A DNA stretch of 64,000 bases from Ramazzottius varieornatus (lineage: Eukaryota; Animalia; Tardigrada): the NCBI GenBank assembly GCA_001949185.1, contig BDGG01000006.1, forward strand, positions 974,827 through 1,038,826. The letters are read 5' to 3'. This document shows positions 25,446 to 37,342 of the stretch, piece after piece (the stretch's first letter is position 1; every line of letters starts with the position of its first letter). The notes under the pieces were generated by a model. That model was not told where the DNA came from and ran no database searches. It worked only from the letters and a program-made list of their open reading frames with translations. The position numbers and the translations under genes are program-made.

Positions 25446-26859
25446 TCAAGATTCTCCGCGTTTGGCGATGACAGAGTATCCCAAACCGGTGAACCAGTGA
25501 GGGACGTAGTTCATCTTTGCGGTATTATTCAGGATGTTCAACGAGAGAGGCATCCATAAGTTTCCTTCCGTCTTGACAGTCTTGAAGTTCATCTTGTCGG
25601 TCACTTCGCGGATTTCTTCGGGCTGAAAGTAAATTATTAATATTTATACTTGGGAAAGCTTTGACATGAAGAAGAAACTGATTTCGGTAAAGATGTTCGT
25701 TACCTTGACACACAGGTAGAGACGATGGACCCAGCGCGGAAGAATGCCTAAGACATCTTCAAAGAGAATCATGCAGAACAGCAGAGAGTAGATGGTACGG
25801 TTGACGGTGGTGAACACGACGCAACCTCCAGGACGAACTAACTTGCAGCACAGGGCAGCGAAGGCTCGAGGGTTATTGACGTGCTCAAGGACTTCCGAGC
25901 AGACCACCACATCGAAACGTCCAGAAGCTTCCTCCACGTAGCTTGCAAGGGACTGGCAGACGTACTCCGGAGCGATCACACCTTCCTGTAACGAAACAAC
26001 GCCTTCTTGAAAACATCAGCCGGAACAACAGAAACAGAACGAGTCGGAATGATCTGATTTCGTTGGGAGGTCGGTAGGCACTTGACAAGAGGAGTTTCCC
26101 AAGTGGCACATGCTGTCAGCTAACGACACTGGGAATGTGCGCCACTTAACGCCTGGCCCAGATCGTTTTTACAAGTGCCGCATACGTCCAGCAGATGACA
26201 CTACGAACGTGCGCCACTTTGGAAAGCGATTTTGTGGAGTGGCTCCCGGTTTATAAGCGAATCTTACCTGTTGATCGTGCGTCTCGTTCCAGTGACGTTT
26301 CGCCGCGCCGATTGCTGGTGCCATTATATCTGTCAAGGAAGTAAGAGCCTCGGGTTGCATTCCGTGGAGTGGATTGAAAGACACTCGCGAAACATGGAGG
26401 ACGGGAACAAGGAAGCTTACCGATTCCAACGACGGTCGCTCCGCTTTTCGCTAAAGCCTCGGTTAAGATGCCGCCTCCGCTGCCAACATCACAGATGCGG
26501 GCGCCGCTGAGTGGCAGTGCATCCAGCCGGAAGGAATCTTCCCAAGTGGCTTCCAGTCCCAGGGTGTGCTTGAGGTAGCTTTCAGCAATCAGACGAAGAC
26601 GAACGGTGTTGAAACGTTTCAGAGCCGTCATGATGCCGTTGGGACTCCACCACTGGTCTTGCTCCGCCGTTTCCTTCCAGAACTGGGCTTGTTCCTTGGC
26701 CACCGAATGATCCTTCTCGTTAGCCGCGACGTGGTGACCGTTCTTGCCATTCTGCTGCTTGGTTTCTTCGACTATTTCGCTGGGAGGATACAGGCACTGG
26801 TACAGCTCCCAAACGATGCGGAGAGGGATCGTCATCCAGATGATCCAGCGGCTGAACAT
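25446..26859 (-). CDS. COQ3/UbiG-like SAM-dependent O-methyltransferase paralogue B
   Basis: QWWSPNG..LKRFNTVR, ICDVGSGGGILTEALA, FDVVVCSEVLEHV, PGGCVVFTTVNRT, CVKPEE; stop at 25448-25446; an upstream exon is possible. Confidence 0.85.
26101..26219. repeat. N25 palindrome, 2 units, 72-bp period (COQ3-like B intron)
   Basis: Left arms 26101, 26173. Confidence 0.9.
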
Positions 26860-27319
26860 CGATAGCTGGAAGAAAAGTAGACGGAAGTAAAGTTAACCAT
26901 AGGGCCAACCAAACAATCAATGGACATGGCGAGCCCTGTAGTGCTGATGAGTCTGCGCCTTACCATTAAAGGAACCATTGGGACAGCCATGGCTATCCTC
27001 AGCGTTTGCTTGATCATCCCGACAGAGAGATATAAAAGTAACGCAGGGAACAGTTCAGGGGTAGAATTTTCCGCTGCAGAATTCGGAAATCAAGCAGCAG
27101 CAGCAGACTTTGCAAGTGAAAGAAGCCTACAAAGCCGGTAGACACTGAGACAAGTGCATCTGCTGTTGCCGAAACGCATGCTTGGCACGCAGAATGTTCT
27201 GGTTTAGAGTCAGCTTCAATCTCTGAACTCTGGAAGATGTTATCTGCATCTTGGTGTGTTTACCGTCCATGACTCACCACTTTGGTCCATTTCATCATTT
27301 GAATCATAATCGTCGTCAC

Positions 27320-27366
27320 AAGTGGCGCGCACATCCAGCCAGTAACTAAGAGAACGTGCGCCACTT
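27320..27366. repeat. N25 palindrome, 1 unit (intergenic or 5' UTR intron)
   Basis: Arms 27320 / 27356; spacer 25. Confidence 0.87.
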
Positions 27367-28288
27367 GAGATGACAGTTTGGATCAATACTTTTTTTGCCC
27401 GCTTCGTGTGATAGAACGAATGTGCATGGCAATCTGTTCAATATCGACTGCATACGACAGAGCAGGAAGACCAACCCTTGTGACCAACCACAAGCTTGTT
27501 TTCCGTGTGGTTTCCGGTCAGGCTTTGGTCAGCTTTGCAATCGCTCTGCCACGTCGCTTGGACTTCAGGCAATTCAACAATCCTTGATTCTCGCAGTCCA
27601 GTTTCCGAAAACTTTCCACACATATTCTGGAGTGGGACGATCGTACAAGAGCGGTGAGTTTGGAACAGATTCACAGAACGGCTTGCAGCTCCACCGAAAG
27701 AAGTCAGATCATTAAAACGAATTTGCCTGCTTTGGTAGCCACTGACCTATCCATTGAGCTTCCCCGCCAAAGAGCGCAAACAGAATGTTCCCACATGACG
27801 TCACCGCCACTGGCGCGGGAGACGGGTATGACATCAGCGGCGGTAAATGACATCATTGACCGGTCTGTGGCATGGCATTGCTATCTGAATGCGTTGATTC
27901 TTGTTTGAGCTATTCATTCCCCCATTCACGCTTTCACACCATTCCATACAATCTTTCACCACACTTTAGATTCTTTCTTTTCTCCGTTCTTCTCGTGGGA
28001 ATTTTCTGGTGGCTTGTATCGTCTTTAAAATATTCTGTATATTTCTACCAGGAGTTCGTAGGTGACCGGACAGCTGCAGCAGCCGTCGACTCGAGCGTCC
28101 ACTAACCGAGGTAAACAAAACTAAATATGTTCGTAGGAAAAAGGAGAAGGCGCAACCAGTGCGAAAAAAATTCCCTCTAAGCGGAAACGAAATCAGTGAG
28201 TTTTTTCCACTGATTAAGTATATGGATATTCGAGCTCGATACTCTCATTAATTTTATCTTTTGAATATCTTTCCTTTCTTGCAGAGAG

Positions 28289-29559
28289 ATGCCGCCTCCC
28301 CGCTCCTCCAAACCTCACGGCCAGAATCCAGGGTACTTTTACAAAACTAAGCATTGCTTAGCTTTTTCCTCTCCGGGGGGTTGTCCGTCTGGAGCCAGCT
28401 GTGGCTACGCTCACGGACCTCACGAACTCCAGATCGCCACCGTTCCCAGCTACAAGACGAAGCCTTGCCAAAGAATGGTGCAGGATGGGTCATGCATCTA
28501 TGGTGAGAATGAAAGTCAGCAATCAACCGACCTATCAATTAAGCCAGTAATTAATCAATCAATACTCAATTTAAGAAAAATTTCCACGTCATTCAACCAA
28601 GCGTCTATAAATCCCCGGTCTTTTCGATGCATTTGATGTGGCGTCTGGGGGCAAAAAGAACGGGTTTGGGTACAATCCGAAGCGACGCATTTCGAACGAC
28701 CAGATCATCTTCCCAAGTCGCGCACGCTTCCAGCTAATGATGGTGAACAAGTGCGCCACTTAAGACGACGATCTGGTTTACATCTTTCTGCCCACGTCCC
28801 AAGTGCCTCTTTCTGCGTTTGAAAATTATCGTGGTTTTTTTCCAGGTGCTCGATGCGTCTTTCTGCATCCGGAGGAGTTTAAAAAAACTCCTTGTGCCAG
28901 GCTCGCCACCACAGGCTACTGCTCGTACGGCAGTAACTGCATCTTCATCCATCCGGAAGATTGCTTCGTCCCTGTAGTCCTCTTCAGACAGAATCAAGCC
29001 AGTATCCTTGGAAACATCTCGCCATCCAGTTCCGGACAAGTCACACCACAGCAGCCTCACTCCTGCTTTCCAGACTCGGTCTTTGGACGTGTGACACCGA
29101 ACCCTGGACGTTGGTCCGAGGCGTCTTCCACGGCCACTAGCTTCTTTGGGTTCCACGAGATGCCTACCGCATCGCACCGATCTTCAATGACCGGAAGTAC
29201 GTTTTGGTCATGAAAGATCGTTTCGTTTGGCTTGTCGGTTCGTGATGGAATTTGGGGCTTGCGCAAATGAACCTGACCAGATTGTTATTCAAGTGACGCA
29301 CTCTTCCAACCAGTAACAACGAAAACGTGCGTCACTAGGGCAACATTTATCAAGATTGTTTGTTCCAGTGGCGCACGCTTCCAGCTAATAACACAGAAAA
29401 CGCTCGCCGCTTAGGAAAACGATCTGGTTCAGTTCATTTGCCACCTCCGATTTATATACAGCACTTGAACTGTTTGTTTTTCTAGGTCCCGAGCGCGAAT
29501 TCCAGATCTTGAACAGCGTTATCCTCTCGGTGGTCGAGTTCGTCCTCCGTGAACGTTGA
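28289..29559 (+). CDS. Tandem CCCH zinc-finger protein (TIS11/ZFP36-like), three fingers, 3 exons
   Basis: YKTKHC..C..C.YAHGPHEL; YKTKPC..GSCIYG|ARCVFLH; FKKTPC..GYCSYGSNCIFIH; exons ~28289-28502, 28846-29196, 29486-29559; S/T/P-rich tail. Confidence 0.8.
28715..28761. repeat. N25 palindrome, 1 unit (CCCH gene intron 1)
   Basis: Arms 28715 / 28751; spacer 25. Confidence 0.87.
29291..29412. repeat. N25 palindrome, 2 units (CCCH gene intron 2)
   Basis: Left arms 29291, 29366; spacers 25, 25. Confidence 0.88.
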
Positions 29560-30062
29560 GGCCTTCCTCGAGTTTATCCGACTCCTCTCTTGTTCGCTTT
29601 AAGTTTATTTCGGAAACCAAGCGTTGTTTCCTTGACGGTGGTATATCCGTTGATTCCCCAAATTTCTCTGAAGTATTTTTTCTGATGTGTTAGTTCTCTT
29701 GTTGACGGTTTGTTAAGTCGGTCGTATACTTTATGTGGTTTTGATTTTTAATTTCTTAGATCTCTGAACCCTTCTGTGGACAATCCCTATCTGGAACAAT
29801 TGGGTCCAGTGCACAACCTGGTACTGGCTCGTAGCATTCCGCTGCAGCAGCTTAGTTTCATTTCCTCGTGCATGCCTTACTATGGCTCTCATAATCCATA
29901 TTTGAATATTCCCCCATATGAGATAATGTATGCTCTTTGAAATGAACTTCCTTCCGAAAAACCTTGTGAACCATCTCACGGAAGTTGGCTGAACCCATTC
30001 GATGTGGACTTTCCAGTTTCCCACGCGGAAGAGAAATTATTAGTTTGGAAAAGATGAAAAAG

Positions 30063-30134
30063 TGGAGAAGTGGGGGATTGAACCCCAGACCTCAGCCATG
30101 CGAAGACCGCGCTCTACCACTGAGCTACATCCCC
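30063..30134 (-). tRNA. tRNA-Ala (anticodon CGC)
   Basis: Reverse complement GGGGATGTAGCTCAGTGGTAGAGCGCGGTCTTCGCATGGCTGAGGTCTGGGGTTCAATCCCCCACTTCTCCA folds as a cloverleaf; G3:U70 alanine identity pair, A and B boxes, TTTTT Pol III terminator immediately downstream. Confidence 0.93.
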
Positions 30135-30361
30135 ATACGCACTGTGAGGAGCAAAGTTTACCTAACGATACGTTGGAGAACCGCGTGTTACTTTATCACC
30201 CATGATCGGCGTTACCTTCGAGTCGTCGACAAGTACCATCCGAAGCGTGTAAGTTGTTCCACCTAAGTTTAATTTTGTTTGTTTGTACAGTATGGGAGAG
30301 TGGAAAAGAATGACTGAATAAGCAGCATAGATAAAGGACAAACTCCGCGTCACATAAAATT

Positions 30362-33300
30362 TCACATAAAATCAGCCGCAGTCAGCCTCCTGGTCGCTGC
30401 CGCCCGTTTTAGCTTTCTCATCAAAACTTCTTCCTCCACATCAGAAGCAGACTCGTCATCAGCAAAAGAAGGCTTTGCAGCATTAGTGACAGTATTTCTT
30501 GTAACAACAGGCACTTTTTCCGCTTTCGATGAAGCCAGCTTCGGTCTGAACGTAATCACGTCGTCCGCTGTGGTCTTTCTTCTTTTCCTGTCGTCTTCCG
30601 CACTACTCGATCCATACGACTCCCTCCGTTTGTCTTTCTTTTGCTTCTTGCTTTTCTTCTTATGCTTCTAGAAAGAGGTACTCGTCACAATCCTCGATAA
30701 AATTGTCACTTCAACTAGTCCGAAAATTTGAATCATTTTATTAAGTTATTTTCGAAACTGAGAAAACTGAATTTTATGTTCATACCTTTTCGGACCGGTC
30801 AGTCTTCTCCTTCTTTCTCTTTTTTCTGCTTCTAGTTACATCCCCACTGTCGCTTTCTTCTTCTTTACCCTGTTTCGTCTTCATGGCTTCCGCCAAAGCT
30901 GCCAGCACTTCCGGTGGCGGTCTTTCGGGGCCCAGCGATACAGGTACTTCAGGCTTGGTTGGAAATGTCATCTTCTCGAGGGCTCGAGCTCGTCTGTCCA
31001 CTTCGAACAGGTCTCGTATGGGATCGGGTGGAAGGTCTTTGACTTCTTCGGTCGGTCTGGCTATTGATGGTACGAGGGAAGCATCCTCCACATCTTCCGC
31101 AGCGTCCTCCACATCGGAACTCTCGAAGATGGCGCGGAAGAGGTCCATAGGTGGTCGTTCAGCCGGAACTTCCTCCATCTGAAGAGCCAATACACAGTAG
31201 TTCAAAACACACAGCAAAATACTGGGGACCTCGGCAAATAAACATCAACAAGACTACTCTCGTAGGTGGCGCATGCAGTCACTGTCACTGGCTGAAAGCG
31301 TGCGCTACTTGGAAAAAAACGCTCTTGTCGTGTTTGTCCGGCGAGCTCCCGTATCCGACACAGGGAGAAAAAGAAAACTGCGCATTCGACGAAATTACTA
31401 CTAAAGATATGCATTGTGAACACGACTTGCGGGAATTCGTACCGTCTTCGGGGGAAGCGAAGGCGCTAGTGGAGGAGGCAGACTGGGGCCTTTCACGACC
31501 GGTAAAGTCGGTTTGCTGGCTGGGGTTACTTCGGTCTTTTCTGGACCTTTCACCGGTCGTTGTTCGGGTGTTCGATCGACCTTCTTTTCCGCCGTCGTTC
31601 GCACTTCGGGTATTTTGGATGTAGGTTGAAGAGCAGAAGACAGAGCTTCTGAGATGCCAGGTACCGCATCCTCGGGTACGTTGATAAAGTTGAACATAGA
31701 GTACTTGTCCTTCTTGACTTTCAAAATTCCCACCATTGTCGAACTAGAAACAATCAAAAGTGTTCTTCCGTTACGCTTTCGGAGTTTGAGTCCTAGTTTT
31801 AGACTAGATGGAATACTCAAACAGCACATAGAAGCCAAGCAAACAAACTCGACAAGGCTGTCTTCCGAAGTGGCGCATGTTTTCAGTATCGTTGGCCGAA
31901 ATGGTGCGAGACTTGAAAAACGACCTTTTTCAGGGTTGTCTGCGCTCAAAAACTTCGAATCGGCATTAAACTTCACTCTTTGAATTATCCTACATCCTTT
32001 ATGTAGGTAACAACGAAATTTATTCTTACTTTGGGTAAGGATGAGGAACGTTGAAGCGTTTACTGACGAGCCTATCCGGATGCCATTCGAAGACGTCTCT
32101 AGTTAGCTTCCCATACAGCTTCTTCTCCACAGCAGCTTTCCGTTCCTTCGACACAGCCTACAACACACCGTTAACACCTGAGAACAGCGGTAGGCGACAA
32201 CAGCAAACAGAGTTCGAAGAAATTACCCCGGAATCGACAGAGACTTCCACTTCGTTCGTTTCTTTCTCGCCCTTCTCCGAAGTGAAGCGAGCAGCCATCA
32301 GCCCGTTCATCGGCTTATAAAGCGCAGCTGCCCGAAGAAACTCAAACTTCTCCTGCTCGCGATCCCATTCGGTCAAGTTAGTACCCGTCTCCATCCACAC
32401 TTCCTCCATTGCCTCTGTAAAGTAACATCTGTAGGATTACGGAACAAAATCGCGGATTAAAATGCGAGATCGGATAACAAACCCGACAATTTATTTCCCA
32501 AGTGGCGCACGCTTCCAGCCATTGACACTGAGACCGTGCGCCACTTTGAAAAACTGTAAGATCGTTTCTCCAACTGGCGCGCGCGTCCGGCCAGCAAGAC
32601 TACGAATGTGCACCACTCAAGAACACAATCTTCCCGAGTCTGTTTGCTTAACTCCGAATTTTCAAACCAGAGAGAAAGCAACAACAAAGTTGAAGATTTT
32701 ATCCCAGATTTTATACTCTTTAGTTTGGAAGAAATTTCCCTGTACTTCAAAACTGTACCTCGGCTTTGGTTGTTCCTTCTCTGCAAGAACATCTCATATC
32801 GCTTCTGTTTCTTCGGGTCCTTCTCGAATGGTTTGAACGTCGTCTTTCCATCTAGCGTCGCCGACATCCCCGCCAACATCGAAACATGCTGCTTCCTCTG
32901 CTCTTCCACCGAAGCTACTCCAGCCGCCTTCGCTTCCTTCTCTTTCTCTTTTACGTTCGACACCACCGGCAGAGTTTCCACCAGCGTTTCCGCTTTCTGG
33001 AACACCGGCAAGCGACTCCGCTGGTTCGTCGGAATCAAATCAAACACCGTCTTGATTTCTCTCGGTGCTTCCTTCTCTTTATTTGTACTCCTGTTCTCTT
33101 CCTCATTCAGAATGTTTTCTCTTGTCTTGGCGTCGTGTTTTGTGTATCTGGTACCCGATGTTTCTTCGGGGACAGTTTGTATTTTAGGAGGAAGAGAAGT
33201 TAGCAAACCACGTTCGCCAGTAAAGCCTCGTGGGATATTGGGCGGCGGGAAGATCCTCATCGACGAGAGTTTCCTTTCAGACTTCTCAAAACCCTCAATC

Positions 33301-34969
33301 ACTTTCCTTCCGCCTTCCTGAATAGCCTTCAACGGTACTGCCTTTCCTCTGTTCTTAACTTCGTCAGTACCCCCTAAGACACGGTCATATCGCGACAAGT
33401 CATCCATACTGTACACATCGTCATCTTCGTCCTCGAAGGCACCCACGCCGAAAGCCTGGCCGGACATCCCTTTGGCTTTCTTGGACTTATGACGAGCTGT
33501 TGGGACCGCAAGTGCTGTGGATGATACTGGCTCGTCGAAGAGACTGAAGCGCGATGCAGAGGAGCCGGCTGTATGGGAGGAGAGAAGACCGGTGGGAACT
33601 GCGAGGCCGCGGTAGCCGATACCGTGAAAGTTGGTCTTGGGTGTCATGGCCAAAGGAGTGACGTCTTCGGGTGCGAAGAGCTTCCCGGCTGCTAGCTCAT
33701 CTTTCTCCTGAAATCAACATTTTGGACGGTTTTGGTGGCAACAAAGCCTGGAATTTATCGGGGACATCTCAAATCAACTGGGCATACTCGTTAAGTCAAG
33801 CGGCGCACCTCTTCATTGTTATTGACAGAAAGAGTGCGCCACTTGGGAAAAACGTCATAAAACTAAACTCTGTCCTGTTTGAACCTCACAACCGGCCTTT
33901 TTCACTGGGTTTTCGACGAGAAGCTCGAAGAGGTTCGTGCCTAGCGCATCCGTTTTAGAATTTTCCGCGAAAAAGGCAGATTTCGCTTGCGAGCTCACAC
34001 GATAGCTGCGGACAACCTGATACTGGTAAACATCAACTCCGCTGATACTGTAAGCATGACTTTACTCACGCAAATTTCTCGCTCGGACAGTGTGGAAGCT
34101 TTTCCCTCTTTGACCAGCGACTTGTGCTTCTCGCGGAAGGTGATGCGAGGCCCGATGCCTTGGCCAGGTTTCCAACCCATCTTCTTGAGCAGAACAACGC
34201 CATACGATTCACTGTAAAATGAAACATGCAGAGAACGACGAAAAGAGGGAAGCAAAGAATCAAGGTTAACTTACGTCAGAGGAACGATCAAGTCTCTCAG
34301 TAGTTTATCAGGTGGACCAGTCACACCGTAACGTCGTTGGTCATCCCCGAGCTTCGACGAAGCGAAAGACTCTTTCGTGGATATCTTCTTTGGTGCAATT
34401 CCATAATCCCCGAAATCCTAAAGCGCGATAAGGCATTAGTGGCGCATGCAACAGCGGGAAAGCATGCACGAAGTACACCAATTGATCCGGGTAAAAATCA
34501 CTACTGTATCTTGCCTCATTGTCCATATAGTCTTCCGGACGTTGTCGTCGCGCTTCCGCTTTCGACTGCCTTGACGACTGGAATGTCCTCGGCGCCCATC
34601 CTGAAACGAGAATGGGGTAGGGTTTCTGTAGAGTTTTGCGAAGTTATATCAACCAACCTTCGATTGAGCCCACGGTGTTGAAGTAGCCAGCTGAAAAACC
34701 TCCCGTGAAAGCGCCATGAAAGCGCTGCCGTCCTTTCTCGTCTGTGACAGTCTGCTCGTGGATGGGCACAGGTTTACTGGACACGGTCTCATCTGGAATG
34801 CAGATTCGTAAGTGGACAGGTTTAAACGTTGACGAATGACGAGCGAAACATTTGCGAATTACGAAAACACAGGACGGGATGATATATACTTACCGTCTGC
34901 AAGCTGTTCTACAGCTGTTCCGTACACCACAAAATCCTCCTGTGGTAACTCGCTCTCTCGATCACCCAT
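30362..34969 (-). CDS. GPATCH1: G-patch domain-containing protein 1, spliced
   Basis: [56 protein letters not shown]-patch [72 protein letters not shown], terminal AADFM*. Confidence 0.93.
31264..31310. repeat. N25 palindrome, 1 unit (GPATCH1 intron)
   Basis: Arms 31264 / 31300; outer flanks ~31222-31353. Confidence 0.9.
31868..31914. repeat. N25 palindrome, 1 unit (GPATCH1 intron)
   Basis: Arms 31868 / 31904; spacer 25. Confidence 0.85.
32500..32618. repeat. N25 palindrome, 2 units, 72-bp period (GPATCH1 intron)
   Basis: Left arms 32500, 32572. Confidence 0.9.
33798..33844. repeat. N25 palindrome, 1 unit (GPATCH1 intron)
   Basis: Arms 33798 / 33834; spacer 25. Confidence 0.87.
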
Positions 34970-37342
34970 TTTTCCACATATACGATTAGAGATCGAGAGC
35001 GAGGATGAGCGGACAAGAAGGGAAGAAGCAAGACATCCGAATAATCCGAAGGAAACCGAAACAAAAACTGGGGAAAACGTGAAACATTAAATATAAGAAA
35101 GTCCACTGACGGTTTGACCTTAAGGACACAGGGCGAACCCGCAGTCCCCGGGGCCTGTGGGGAATTCCAAATTTTCAGCTGAATTACTTTCTAGACCTGA
35201 TGTCGTTTCCAGGCCTACACTAGCTCCCGGCCTTAGGGTGCCGCGTCTAATATCGTATTTCGAAAGGAAAAAATTATCTTCGTCCATTGTTTGCTTAATA
35301 TCAACTCAGTTTTGTTGTTTCCTGCACCTGCATGTATAACCTTCGTCCGAGTCTGTCACAATTTATCATATTCATCCAGACCGTTATCCGGAGATATCTC
35401 TCTGCCCGGCTCTGCGGAGCTAGCTCGGCCCAGTTTGACAAGCCAGGCTCATCCGACCCAGCCTGGGGATCACATACTCCGCGGTTTTGAGGCGAGATTA
35501 TTCTTCGGAAAGGGTCGAACAACCTCGAATCCGTCTACTGACATAGTTCAATGTGTTCTCTACAAATTGGCCAGCGAGATTGACTTGATAACTTTTGTAG
35601 CCTTCGAGATATAAAATTATGAAATTGATTGGGTCAACCTGGAAGCCGCCTCTCAATAATCTTTCGGACAGAGTGACCAGGGATGCAAGGAATGCGGTTG
35701 CTGGCTTATCAGTCGGCAAGCTCTCTCGCTCGACTGGCCGTACCACAAAGAGATCTACACGAGCCGACTTGTCCGCAAGAGAAGAACGAATATCACAATT
35801 ATTCGCCAACTCGTTAGTTACCCAATGCTGCACTGCAGAACACAGATAAAATTTACCGTTGGAGCTGCATGAGCTGAACCCCACAGAATAGCATGATATC
35901 TGCTTTCTTACAATTTCACCCGTAGCCTTTTCGAGTTTTTCCGATTGTTCACTCGCGTATAGATGCGATATTCCGAAAGCTCAACAGCTTTTGTGGGAGC
36001 TTGAAACTCGTATGTTTTAACAAGACTTAGCTTTGAGGACTGCTGGAAAGGGTGTTTGACCAATATCAACTCCAGTACAGTGGGGTGACAATGTCACTAT
36101 GTTCCTGACCAAGAAACCAAAAGTTTTTTGACGTCACCAAAGACGCTAATTTAATGTTAAAGTTATCGTCACGACGTTAGATGATCAATGTAACGTCAAG
36201 CACTTTGGATGGTCGTCTTTGGCTTCTTGGCGTTCTGTTTTGTACCTGTTTGGTATCAAAATGTAGGAAATTCATAACTCTATTTTTCGATACCTAGCAG
36301 ATAACAGAAAAACTCGTGTGTATCACGCAGCATAAAATGCGGCAAGAGGGGGTGACATCTTGAGAAAATCGGCATTTTCCCGTTCCGCAGCCGAGACTAT
36401 GCCGCTTCAGTGCGACATCACAGCCGATGCTTTCCACCCCTTTCAGACGTCTTTGACTTTGAATCCTGCAGAAATGTTTCTTCATGACCTGCTGGGTATT
36501 AAACGACAGAAAAATCAATTCCCTACATTCTGATACGAAACAAGAGTGAAAAAAACCGTCAAGCTGCTGAGAATAATCGTTGTAGGCACATGACTTTGAA
36601 TTGGTCATGTACCGATATTCGGCAACGGAGCGAATAGTAGTTTGGCGTCATCGCGCTGCAGCCGTATACCCTCGACACAACGAATCTCAAGACAATGCAT
36701 TGTTTTTGTGTCTTGGTCTCGGTCAGAGGCCATCGTCACCTCCGCCGTACACAGTCTATTGAAACGAGATGAGACGGCAAGGGCTATAAAAGCCAAAATG
36801 ATGAAACAAGAGAATTATCTTCATCGAAATTCTTTTCCGAATCAAAACAGTTGTGTTCACAAAGTCTCAGTTCTGGAAACCGAGACTGATAAAAGTTGTC
36901 GAGAAACAGCCTTCCAAGATCCTTCTGTCTTGTCATTACTAAAACCGGCCGATCAATGTTGCAAGTCGCCGTTTGAGAAAACTGTCACTTCGTAAGCAGA
37001 CTATCACTTCGTATCTGTAAGTGCAGTACTCAGTGGCTCATGACCTAACGCACGAGTCGAGATACAACGCTACAAAACCACAATTGTATTTATGGGTCCA
37101 CAGCAACGCTGTTCTGCGTTTTTTCGCCTTGCATGTTGGTAAATTTTGGTATGACCATTACTCCAAAATACAGAAACTTCACACAGAAGCGTTTCCCTTC
37201 TCTCTATACGATTATTTGTCAGAAGAGCCTGGATGCTCGATAACTTCCCCTAAAGTAAGAGAACGCCCAGGTACTCGTAATGAAGGGGCGAAGAAAAAGC
37301 CGGCCGGTGGGGGAATGTTTTCAGGTTCGCAGTGGGCCGGGC

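Noticed and set aside
35150-37330. Fragmentary ORFs between GPATCH1 and the hAT element
   Set aside because: No coherent spliced model or recognisable domain could be built; possibly decayed sequence.
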